A stretch of DNA of 64,000 nt from Trichinella spiralis. Lineage: Eukaryota. The notes under the pieces are model-generated. The model did no database searches. It was given only the letters and a program-made list of their open reading frames with translations, and was not told the DNA's origin. Of this stretch, positions 1 to 11,546 are shown piece after piece. Position 1 is the first letter of the stretch, and the number at the start of each line of letters is the position of its first letter. The stretch is taken from NCBI RefSeq assembly GCF_000181795.1, contig NW_003526943.1, positions 250,487 to 314,486 on the forward strand. The letters are read 5' to 3'. The translations under genes were made by a program, and so were the position numbers.

Positions 1-139
1 CATTATTATACATTATTTTTACTTAACATTCATTAAGATACTGTATTTTGTGAGTTTGATTTTGGTTTTGTTTGGCTTTTTTATAGTTTTGGTTTTCAAG
101 CTGTTTTATATAATTATTTAGTTTAGTTTTGTTTAACAG

Positions 140-2187
140 ATGGAAACTGCCGAGAAACCAAAGAGTCTGACTGAAGATGAAGCGAAGGTTTACGATCGAC
201 AAATGCGACTGTGGGGAGTTAATGGACAGAAGAAGTAAATTTTTGTTAAATTTTCATAGATTTTAAATTTTAATGATAAAGAAAGAAATTCTTTAATGTA
301 AAATCAGTTATATATATGTTTTAGAATTAGAGAATTTTCTGTAATACTTTGTGGAGTTAATGACATCGGCGCTGAAATGGCGAAAAATTTAATTCTTTCT
401 GGTATAAAGCAACTAACTCTTATCGATGATACTGTCGTGAATGATGAGCGTACAAGTTTGCTTATTAAAAAAAATTCGATTGGGATGTTGGTATAATTTA
501 ATATTGATTTTTGGTTTTATTGAAATTAGTTTAAATGGTAAATCTTTTATTGCAAATTATTCATTCCAGCGTTCTGAAGCGTCAAGAGAAGTTTGTCAGC
601 AGTTTAACCCTTCTGTTGAAGTCAAAGTAGAATCAGTGAAATCATTGAACGAGACTTTACTGGAAGGTTGCGATTTCCTCGTTGATGCAAATGGAAATTT
701 TAAGTTCTCGTTGCATTTGCATCATTTATGCTCTGTTTCCAAAGTAAGCTATATGTGCTGTACATCATTGGGTGTGTATTCTTTTTATTCTATGAACTGC
801 TTCTCATCCAATGAAGATAAGTAAGTGATTTTTTTATTTTTCAGTTTTTGTAATTAAATTATATTTTATATGATTGTTATATACATTCTCATACATTTAC
901 AAAATGAATGATATTAACGTAACTATAAAGGTATTTCGTATTAGAGAGTTTTTATTAAATGCTTTTGGCCATTATTATAGACAAGACAATCTTTGACGAA
1001 TTATTCTGTTTTTTATCTTATTTCATTATTATGCACTTGTGACTATGTTAAGCGGGATAATTTTTTAATGTTTATCTCTACACTGTAGTGCTCCCGTTAA
1101 TTCAGTTTTTGTAAGATTCTGTTTGAATGCTGGAACTGTTCTTGGTCCGTGAAATGTTAAAATTTTATTTATATTCAATACTTTTCATTTTTAGAAATTT
1201 TGAAGTTCCTACAAAAGCATTGCATTTGGATGACAGTGAGAAGGTAATCATATCTCATTTGTATATATTTTTTCAGTTCTTAAATTTTATCTTTATGTAA
1301 CATTTAAATTTCAGAAGCTTCTTGTTTTGCTTAAATGATAATTCGATGAAAAGTGATTTTATGTAACTAGATTTGACTGTACTGCTAATAGTTATTTATA
1401 TGTCGAATTTTTCATCATTTAATAGACATCGATTGTGCTGTGATGAATTTGTGGTCACTGATGAAATAGAGATATTCAGAAAATTTATAAATATTTTAAA
1501 TGAATTAACTTATTTATAGTGACCAGTGTGGCTTTGGATTTTTTAAGCGTGTACTGCATTAGCTTTTGTAGTGACTTATTTTTTTAGAATGCTGATGTTG
1601 ATCGGGAAATTCTAAATTTAGTTAATAATAAGCAGTTCAGATCTGTGAAGAAGTGCTTCCTGATCATTTGTGGTAAGTCTTTTTTGATTTAATAATGTTC
1701 ATTATCGTTCATGTGTTTTTTATTTTCAGCTAAACTGCTTTTTGAAATGAAGCATGACCGAATGCTTGATTTCAAACGTTATCCAGATGATACTGATGAA
1801 TTTTTGGCTATGTTTGATAAAGTAAAAGCAAGAATAATGGATAAATCGGATGTGAAAGTTGCCAAAGAAGAATTAATGTGATTCAGATTCGTCTTAATTA
1901 GTTTTAAATATGCGAATTTTATTTCATTGTATATTTCAGCAACTTAACTGTGCGCCTGCCAGCCCTAAGTTCAGTTCTAGCTGGAACAGCATCTTCAACA
2001 GTGATTGATGTAATGCTTACTAAGTCGTTATTAATAATTTTCAAGCTAACTTTTTTTGTTATAGGCAGCACTGGAAAATCCCTTTCCTAGCAAGTTTGCA
2101 TTTTTCTTTGACGCTTTGAATTTTTTTGGGCAACCATGTAAAATTGATTTGATATCTTTTTTGAAGAATAGTGCAGCTATTTCATGA
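140..2187 (+). CDS. SAE1: SUMO-activating enzyme subunit 1 (AOS1/SAE1), multi-exon
   Basis: Exon 1 (140-234) reads METAEKPKSLTEDEAKVYDRQMRLWGVNGQK. The next exon from 325 gives ...ENFSVILCGVNDIGAEMAKNLILSGIKQLTLIDD, the E1 adenylation N-terminus. C-terminal FAFFFDA followed by TGA at 2185-2187. Internal exons not all resolved. Confidence 0.85.
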
Positions 2188-2422
2188 TTTTTCCGCTCGT
2201 TTTATTGTTTCAAAAGAATGCAAGTTTGTTTGATTGAACTCTGATGCTTGTTTCCATGCATTTTGAAGAGCATTTTTGCTTATTTTAGTTTGTTCAAATA
2301 TATTTAAAATAGTGCGCATTATCTTTTCATTTTAATAATTAAAAGCAAATTTAAAAAGAATCTGTGGAAAAATTAATAGTTTATGAGAGAACATGTACTC
2401 ATTTTCTACTCAATTTGTTTTG

Positions 2423-3472
2423 TCATAAAATTAGTGTACAGTTTTCATCTGCTGCGTAAACTCCACTGGGGATAGAATGGGCGTTGTCTGAAAGCAGATG
2501 AAGAACAATTTCTGCATAATCGATACTGCTGCAGGTGGATCTGCTAGAAGTAACAGTTTCAGGAAATTGGTAAAGACGAGCAATTATTGATTCATAATGT
2601 TCTACATTTAAAGCGTAAATGCGAATTCCATAGTCAGCATAATCTAACACAGCACTTTTTGTTAGACCAATCAAAGCGTATTGACTTGCGATGTAAGCTG
2701 GACTGAACAGTAGATTTGTTGTTACAGAACCAATGTTCACAATTGCCGGTTGAGTGTGCTGTTGATTCAACAACATCTGATTTAGTTCGGCTCTCATCGA
2801 TTTAAACAGACCGTTGACATTAACAGCAATTACATTTTTCCAATAAATATCCGTACAGTTGTGAATCTGATGACCAAGAAAATCCCTCTGCATATTCACA
2901 TCGTACGGTATGCCAGAATAGACGGCGTCCAAAACCGTCGCCCCGTTCACCGCATAGTCTAGGGTACGGTAGGCTTTCAAAATTGCATCGACCATTCGAT
3001 TGCAGTATTTTGTTGAAGACACATCTGCCAAAATAAAAATCGCCTGGCCGCCTGATTCACGTATTTGGGCACAAATCTGTTCGCCTTCGTTGACCAACCA
3101 ATCGGCTATGGCTACTTTGGCCCCCTCTTTGGCGGCTCGCAGCGCCACTTCACGGCCTATACCCCGCGCACCACCGGTAATCAGCATTGTCTTTCCGGAG
3201 AAACGGTTCCTTTCAATTCTATGGCTAATTGCCGCCAACTTCAACGCCAATACAATGCTTAACTGAAAATGTTGTTCAAAAATATACCTTTTTTCCAATT
3301 CTTGACCATGTTATTTAATTTGTAATTATTTTGCTTTATTTAAACAAAAATTTTCAACAACTTTTAGTTGAAAATTAAAGAATTACAACAGATATTTAAA
3401 AAACTGTCATCAGAAACTTTTTTCGTGTTTAAAGCATCTTACCTGAACAAAAAGTGGTGTACGCAAATGCAT
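2423..3472 (-). CDS. Short-chain dehydrogenase/reductase-like protein with predicted signal peptide (exons 3472-3443 and 3262-2423)
   Basis: TGGARGIG Rossmann motif, ADVS, VNIGS and YIASQ in place of YxxxK. A 30-nt upstream exon MHLRTPLFVQ (donor cag|gtaag) splices in phase 0 to acceptor ttttcag at 3263, giving MHLRTPLFVQLSIVLALKLAAISH. Confidence 0.85.
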
Positions 3473-4254
3473 TTTGTGAAATGAATGAAAATTTCAAGAA
3501 ATAACAGAGTAAACTTGTGAACAACTTGTTTCTTGCACAATTCATAATTGATATGCTTTGAAAAACCATTCTAATTATGAAGTATTTGGTAAAGTAAGCT
3601 TAACAATTCAATTTTAACTGAAATTTCTCCCCTTATCATTCACAATTTGTGTACACTGGCACAAAATTTTAAGTCAATTTAACTTCTTGTCATAATATAA
3701 ATATAAATAATAAAGTCATAAGTTAACAAAATTTTAAGTCAAGTCAACCAAATTCAAAGAATTCAAGAGCTTTTGAATTTTAAAACATTCTGCGCAAATT
3801 CTGCTTTCTGAATCGTAATTGCAAACTTAATAATGCAGTGAATGCGTATTGCAATGGCATATTTCGAACAACCTTCTGTCTATTGCTATTCAAACGTATT
3901 TTTATTGCAGTATTGCTTTTCCTTAAATTGCATTCTAAGAAAAACATCTTAAGCAATCCTGCAACTCAAGAACCGTTTTGATAAATTTTCAGGCTGCATT
4001 CAAAGAAATGATTGCATCGTGAACAACATAATTTATTCATATTCCAAAATAATATCATTTGAAAAATTGAAAAGAAGAATGATGATTATCAATAGAAATA
4101 GATGCACTATACGAAATAATTACAATTTTCAGACTGATGCATTCATCACCACAGTTTATTTATTATTACTTAACGTTATACAGAGACGTTGAAATAAAAA
4201 ACAAGCAAAAATAAATATAAAATAATATGACAATATTAAATGCAAATTTAGCGA

Positions 4255-4488
4255 TTACTTGGAATTCATACGCAAACGACGAGGTCGATGCTCAACGTGC
4301 TGTTTGCTTATTCCTTGTAAAATTTGATTAAAAATTCGTCGGGTGTCACTTTCGATGTTTAATCTTTTGTGCTCAAACTGCTCTAATTTTGAACGATTTT
4401 TACCAGAACCACCAGTGCCTTTGATGTCACGATCAAAATCTAACAATCCATGTGCAAACTGGTAAGCAAGGTTTTCAGCAATTGACAT
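4255..4488 (-). CDS. Small p8/NUPR1-like nuclear protein, paralog A (77 aa)
   Basis: DFDRDIKGTGGSGKNRSKLEQ...DTRRI resembles the Phospho_p8 core (FD..SGKxRxKxE..H..RK). Clear paralog at 6521-6748. Acceptor-like gttctag lies just upstream of the ATG. Confidence 0.65.
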   Translation of the reverse strand: MSIAENLAYQFAHGLLDFDRDIKGTGGSGKNRSKLEQFEHKRLNIESDTRRIFNQILQGISKQHVEHRPRRLRMNSK

Positions 4489-6520
4489 GTCCTAGAACAT
4501 AAGCAAACAGAAAATCAATGAAAAATTCTGCAGTTTTGCAATCGCTGATCAAACTGGAGGTGAAAGCAAACAAAAATCTTATTATAATAACTTCCAATTA
4601 TAGAAGAGCTTTGCAAAAAATAAAATTACAAAACCGCATGCTTGCAAATAATTTATAAATCATGTGTGAAATTTGCATTTAATATTATTCAATCAAACGT
4701 ATTTAGTAGAGGATGTATAAAGCAGATAAAAGCATCTTTCAAATACTTAAAAGACGTGAAAACACGAAAAGAAATAATAGAACCAGCGATATTGCCTACT
4801 ATTATTACAGACTATTAGGCCGAAAGGCAGTCTGCAAAACTCAATAATGTACTGTCCTACTGTCTTGAAAATCAACAGACTACCGTAATCTGCTAATTGA
4901 TAATATAATTTATTCGTCATTGTTTAAATGGTAAAGTACCTCATAAGTGTAAACAGTGATGAACAGAGTTCATTGGAGAAAATTTTTTAAATATAAGACA
5001 TTATTTTTGATTCTGCTCTTCTTCAAAATATGAAAATTGAAACTTTCACATCTGTAAACAGCAAAGCTTACGTAAAATCATAATATATGAATTGTAAATT
5101 TTCTGGAGCGAAAAATACGTGATATGATATGATATGACAATATGCCAGATAATTTCTGATAGAAAATGGTCGTGTAAGCATACCGTTCGCGGTTTGACAA
5201 GTTACAGAAAGCAATAATTCATTTCTCTGTTCAATGGTCAGAAGTAAAACGGAAAGATATTACTCGAAAAACAAACATACGATATTAATGCGCACATCAT
5301 AATTAAGAATAATTGGATCCAACTCAAATCTATAAGAACGTATATGAGAAAAATCATTCAAATACACACCAAAAATCACCAGTCACTAGTTTGATAGTAT
5401 TTCTCTCTCAAGTTCAAATCTGCCGTTATTTTTTACATTATCATTTCAGTGGCATGTTGAAATGATCTCATTTAAGGTATGATATTTTTACTACTGATTT
5501 AAACAAAAGCATTTATGTTTTTAAATATTAAAATGTACAAATAAAAATATGAAAGGTGAAATAATTTCCAAAATTTTCAACTGACAGTTGTAATTATTGA
5601 TTAGTGTTGAAAATTTACTGGAAACTGATAACAAAAAAGTTCTAAATAAAGTATTCTAATCATTTTTAGGCATTTGATATTTTTCAGATATTAATTTTGC
5701 ATAAAAAAGATATTAATATATTTTTAAAAAAGTATTTGATTACGAACAATTATGACTTTGCACTGTTTGTGTTGTAAAATCAAAAAGAATGAAAAAACAT
5801 TACTTTTGTTTTATATTCTGAATTCTTTCGGCATGTAAATTGCTAATTTATTTTAAGTTACTTTTATATCATTTGATTTGATATAATTGCACCGTATGTT
5901 AAGAATTATACCTTATTATACTAACAGTGCATCTGTAGTTATGTTAAAAGATGTTACTGCGGCTTTGAAGAGAAATAATTTTCCTGTTTGATATTTTTAT
6001 TAAAATTCATTTTTTACCATTAAGTCACATTCATCTCTTTTAATCTTTTATTTTTTATATTGATTTTTATTCTGTCTACTAAACTGAAATTTTGCTGTTG
6101 AATTGCTTTGTCTTATAATTCAGTGAATTTAAATGGTTTCTGAAAAATTTTTCATAGTTATTACAGTTCTGTGAAATTTAATTTTTTACATAATTTTTTG
6201 CATTTTTACATTTTTACATACATAATTTTTACATTAATTTTTTTATTGCATTTACAACTGTAGCTGCAGAAAGTTTGCCTTCTGATAGTAATATCTGGTG
6301 AATTGTAATTTTGTTTGCTGGTTGTCATATAGATTCAATCGTTTTGTGATTGGCCGTTTCAGCTGATTATCAGCGTATTTATTGTTGTCACTTGTTTTAT
6401 TGCATCGATTGAATCATTTATCGAGATTTTATCGTTAGATACACAGTCGGCATCGAGCAACTCTGATTTGTTGTTAACTGTAAAATGTTTCGAATATGAA
6501 TTATTTGTTCTAGGAAAAAT

Positions 6521-6748
6521 ATGTCCAACGCTGAAAAACTTGCGGAAGAATTTGAAAGCGGTGAAGCTGATTTTGATCGTGAGGTGGACAGTGTTGGTGG
6601 CTCTGGAAAACATCGTACTAAACTTGAACAACACCAGCATAAGAAAGAGCACATTGAAGGAGATACTAGACGTATCGTAAACAATGCCATGGCTGGTGAG
6701 AAAAAGCGCAGTGAAGAGCAAAAGGAAATTAACATGAAAGAAAAATGA
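6521..6748 (+). CDS. Small p8/NUPR1-like nuclear protein, paralog B (75 aa)
   Basis: MSNAEKLA...DFDREVDSVGGSGKHRTKLEQ...GDTRRIV aligns without gaps to the 4255-4488 protein. Acceptor-like tttgttctag ends at 6513. Confidence 0.7.
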   Translation: MSNAEKLAEEFESGEADFDREVDSVGGSGKHRTKLEQHQHKKEHIEGDTRRIVNNAMAGEKKRSEEQKEINMKEK

Positions 6749-7464
6749 AATGTTTTTTTATGACAAACTTAATCACTTCCTGTGACATGGTATTATTTAA
6801 AGATTTGAGGCTTCTTTATGCATTTTTGCAAACATTTAAACAGTTTTGATATTCTATGCTTTGTTCGGCGGTGATGGTTAGAATAGTAAAAGGTTTTCGA
6901 AATGCGTATGCTAGCTTTTACAGAAAAGAAAATTTTGCATTAAGCATTACTTTATTGCAGTTTAATGCATAATAAATGTGCATGACAGTTTATGATGGAA
7001 AGGTACATTAATATTATTTTTCAAACTTATATATGAAAATTAGGAAAAACGTTATTTTCATATCTCAAACTGAAAGTTTTAAACTAAAATTCATACGTCA
7101 CAGGTCGGTTATACTATAACGACAATTATTGCGCATTATGAAGTGTAAAGATGCTTCTAAATACTTCTGTATTCGACTTAATGCACTGTACGTATCTAAT
7201 CGTGGGAATGTGACTAGCTGAGACCAAAAAAAATCAACAAGTACATTTACATTGTCCATTAACGTTGAAATCCATGCAGACTACTGTTTTGTTTTGTAAA
7301 CTGAAGACCACATGCAATCAGTGATCTTAAGCAGATATGACTGATGATTAAAATGATTAAATTCCTGATGGACTTTCTTGGGCTTCTTTTATACAACTTT
7401 TACAATGCTGCATCCAATGTTACCGTAACTTATATTAATGACGTGCAGGTATAAGCTAAAACTC

Positions 7465-7576
7465 AGTTTTCCCAAATATGGGGCGCTTCATCATTAAATT
7501 CCCTTAAATGGACATAAATAATCGCATTTTCTATTTTTTAAAACAAAGTATCTTTACACATAATGTTGAATAGTGT
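7465..7576 (+). repeat. Left arm of degenerate ~110-bp inverted repeat (partner 11433-11546)
   Basis: agttttcccaaatatggg...atggacataaataatcgcattttctattttttaaaacaaagt...gaatagtgt matches the reverse complement of 11433-11546 by eye, with scattered mismatches. Confidence 0.75.
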
Positions 7577-8074
7577 TCGCTAGCTTTTTTTGCATTAAAG
7601 TAATTGCAATTATTCTAAAGTAAACATTCTCATGAACAATGTTTAAATTCTTTACATTTGCTGAGAATTTTCTATGTATATTTTTGAAGAAAATTAAAAA
7701 TATGTCTCTCTTTACATGAATATGGAAGTTATATTGGTGATTAAAAATAATGCTTCTTCACAGTTTTACATTCATTATTCAAATAATGACCTGCATTTAT
7801 AATTTTATTTTCTTCACGTCTGTGCTAATCAGCAGACTGTTCTGCACAAAAGCATTTCCGCTTTTCACTACAAGAGCTTCGGAATTAGGCAAATATATAG
7901 TATACAGCTTTGTGTTACAACAGCAGCCAACAATCAATATGAATCAACAACAAACAACAAAAAACAAAAATAATAATCAACAACAAACAACAATAATAAT
8001 CAACAATAAACAAATCTGAACTATATTACATATACAATAATAACAATGAAAACATAACAAGGTGCTGTAATCGT

Positions 8075-9004
8075 AGTGGTTCAGGAGTACATGATGATAT
8101 GGCACTTAAAAAAATGTTCTGCACTAATTTAATCATGAAGCATCTACCCATCGCTGCGGGACTCGGTAAGCTGCGTTACATCTCACAAAGCCCCTTTCCC
8201 GCGTATAGTCATCATCCATTTGCTGCACCACCGTCTCGGTTTTACCCTGTTCATGAATGATCAGTTGTAGAAATTGATAAAACCCCAGGTGGTGCTTTCG
8301 TGCTCTTTTTGTCATGCAGTTGTGCCAACCTTCCAGATGGTTGTTGGTCTGCACAGGCACAGACCATGAACATTCCAAAGCAAAATTTTAGTGGCTTCAT
8401 ATCATTGGTCGGCAAATGATACATTAAAAATTGCTCACCGGATTTATTGTTGTGTGCTCAGCAGTGAGCTGCAGCTCACTCCCGAGTTGCCGGTAGGCGT
8501 GGGTATTTTCAGGCCCGACGGTTGTACACTGTGTGTCGCGTCTGGTCCCACATTGGAAAATGCGCGGCAGTTTCTAGGCTGGTGGAGGCATTGCTTGCCA
8601 GCTCATCGTATACTTCCATTACCGATCTCGTATATTCTCTGAGGCCAACCGTCTCAACTCGGCAAGCTGCTGGTGATGGTAAAATGCGGGGGGGGGGAGG
8701 GGTTACCGGGCAGCTTTCCGCATGGTCACTTGAGCGGATGACTTCTGTGGCCTCCAGATTTGTGGACAGTGTGCCACAGCAGCTTCTCGATCTCTACATT
8801 GAAACAGAAATGGCTCGATTGTCATATTAGAATGATAATAACGTTGTATACTGAGACAATTCTGCTTACTTCAGTACACATCCAATACTTATCATTACAT
8901 TTCGTCCTCTTCAACGTGTAGCACCTTCCACTGTAGACTACCAATTTTTGTTGGTTCTTTGTTGTAGTCACGAACTGAATTAAATCATTATTTGCCTCCA
9001 TCAT
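8075..9004 (-). mobile_element. Decayed FLYWCH/MULE (Mutator-like) transposase remnant
   Basis: N-terminal FLYWCH-like fragment (KLVVYSGRCYTLKRTKCNDKYWMC) and C-terminal TNNHLEGWHN...HLGFYQFLQLIIHEQG typical of MULE transposases. Frameshifted, with the catalytic middle missing. Confidence 0.75.
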
Positions 9005-11432
9005 TAAAAAATATCAAAACAACGATAAGGAAAAGAGCACAAGGAAGTTCACACTATACACAGCAGTAAGAGAAAATACCATTTGCAGTGTTGAATTTTC
9101 TATTAAATAGCTTATGCACCGTTCCGGTTGATTTGTCTAGCTCAGTTAGCTGCGTCAAGCTTTATGCCCAGCAGCACTTTACTTCCTGCTTCATAGTGTA
9201 CTTTTCGTTTACTCTAGTATTAGTAATAACGGAATCCATTTCCGCTTCCATTTTCTGTTCATTGCCGTCCAGTCCAGAAAGCCGTATCCATCAGAATTTC
9301 AGCAGGCAAATTTCGGATGATGATGTCTGATCTTGTTCCGCTCATCAACTAATAACCCTCGAATGCTAAGCACTGAACTCAAACGCAAGACCGAAAAGGA
9401 AAATTAATTTGACGGTTTAAATTCCATTTTAAATAATCATTTTGAAACAAAATTTAGTTTTCATTTCTCATTTTATCTACAATTGAAGATCAACTTTGAT
9501 TGATATTTCTATGGCACCTCTGCCTTTTGTTCATGTTGACAGAAGATTATTAATCACACACGAATGGCGCACAAATGCTGACATCAAAGTATGCGATGTT
9601 CACTGCAGAGTGAATTTGAAGCAGCTTTAACTGCTATTCTGCTTCGTGCTGTCCATCGCTTCCTTTCTGCTTTCAAAGTGGTTTACTTTTATCCATCCGC
9701 GTTGATAAATACTGTTATAAAGAATGTCAACCAACAGTTGCTTTCACTTGTCATATAAATTACCTTCTTAGCTAACAATTAAATCAGAGTTATGCCTAAG
9801 ATTCTTTTTTGTTTGTCAGATATTGTTCTGATGAAGGCTAGTTGAAGGCTATTCAAGTACAAAGGGAAAACGTAAAATTGATAAATTGTCCACAGCTGCA
9901 GTTTTCATCTGAAACTGGGAGTGGTGGTTGCTGAATATTAGCATCGAAATACTTTTCTGATTTTGCCTGAATGTTCTCTGAAAATGAATGTGTTTAGTTC
10001 GCAAAAGAATTGAATCTTTCCCATCTTTCTTTCGATCCTGTTGACAAGAGTCATTGTTTTTCTTCTTATGTTTCATTTAAATAAAAAATAAAATCTGGAA
10101 TTTTGTTTAAAATATAAATTTGTGATTATACATTTTGCGTAAACTGTATTAAATTTGTTTTTTAATATCTAAAGTAAAAGCAACTACTGGGTTGATTAAA
10201 CATTCAAGTTGCAATTGTTGTATTACGATGATAACCAAATGTTCACCGTGACAGATCAAAAAAGATCTGTTGTATTTCGAAATCATTATACTAAAGAAAA
10301 CTGAAAGCAAAGAAAATTATTTTTCAGTTTCCTAAACCCTATAAAAGAGAGGAAAATTATTATTGAGCGAGTCGTGTGGTAGTTGTTAATCAGCTGTAGT
10401 ACACTCGTTATCTTACGTTTTTCATCTCACATTATCTTCCTCTAGCACTGCATATTTTCTGCCAAAATATGATTATTGCTGATTATCCTCGTCGGCAGGC
10501 ATGAAGCATATATTGATCTTTCATTTGCTGCCCTAACTTTCATTCCCATTGTTGAGAGTGAACAATATCATGGGGTTCACTGTCTTGGTCACACAATGAA
10601 TTCATTTGAGAAAGCGTTTGGATGTAGCATTGTAAAAATTCCACACACCAATATTATTGTTTTGTAATTGTGTATTTCTATGGTATATGTCAAGAAGTAT
10701 TCGGTGCTGTATCCACTGACATCACATTGTATCGATAATCTGTGAAAATTTTCTCATATGTAGCGTAGCTGCTGCATGCATTGAACTGAAAATGCTTTTG
10801 GCTAGCTTAGAGGAAATTTAATGCATGTGTGTGTGTTGGTCTAGTGAAATTTCAGAAAATTCTACGTGATGAATTTTGACCATGCTCATGATAATCGCTG
10901 CACAGCTTTCTTCATTGTCAAACTAGTTGACAAGTCTAGCTTTACTGCCATTGTAAAGTGTCGAATTACGAAAACAATGAATGATTCAGATTAACATGTT
11001 TATTAAATATCTCACTTTGTTATCTCTTCTTTAAGCAGTTCATTTGTTGCTTCTATGTTTTTTGTTGAATAATGCAATTTTATAGTAAAGATATGTAATT
11101 TGTTAAGAACAAGAACGTCAATTAATTCTATTACTTCACTTTCCAGTGTTCATCACTAGCTTCTGTTTTTTTCTGCGTCGTAGGTTAGAGATATCTTTTC
11201 GAATAATATGAATAAATAATAATAAATATCAGTTTGTATCTCAAAGAATCAACATAAGCTAATACACAAAGGGAACTGCTGCACGCTGAAGCGCACAAAT
11301 AATAATACTGGTTGTGAGCAAAGATTCAAACAGTGGCTTAACGTAGCACATTAAAATAATCTTCTGTAATCAGTGAAATGTAAAAAGACAAAGCTTTTTA
11401 AAAGCATCGTTTGCTAAGCCCAAAAAATATAT

Positions 11433-11546
11433 ACACTATTCCACATTACATATAAAAGAAGAACTTTGTTTCAAAAAATAGGAAATGTGATTATTCATGT
11501 CCATAGTAGGTAATTTATGGAGAAGCATCCCATATTTGGGAAAACT
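11433..11546 (-). repeat. Right arm of degenerate inverted repeat (partner 7465-7576)
   Basis: acactattccacattac...actttgtttcaaaaaataggaaatgtgattattcatgtccat...cccatatttgggaaaact is the approximate reverse complement of 7465-7576. Confidence 0.75.

Noticed and set aside
4808..4834. Hairpin CAGACT...GCC-GAAA-GGC-AGTCTG resembling hammerhead ribozyme stem II
   Set aside because: No CUGAnGA core or downstream GAAA in the required positions.
11530..11539. CArG box (CCATATTTGG) 2 kb upstream of actin, mirrored at 7472-7481
   Set aside because: Both copies lie inside the inverted-repeat arms, so a repeat origin is simpler than an actin enhancer.
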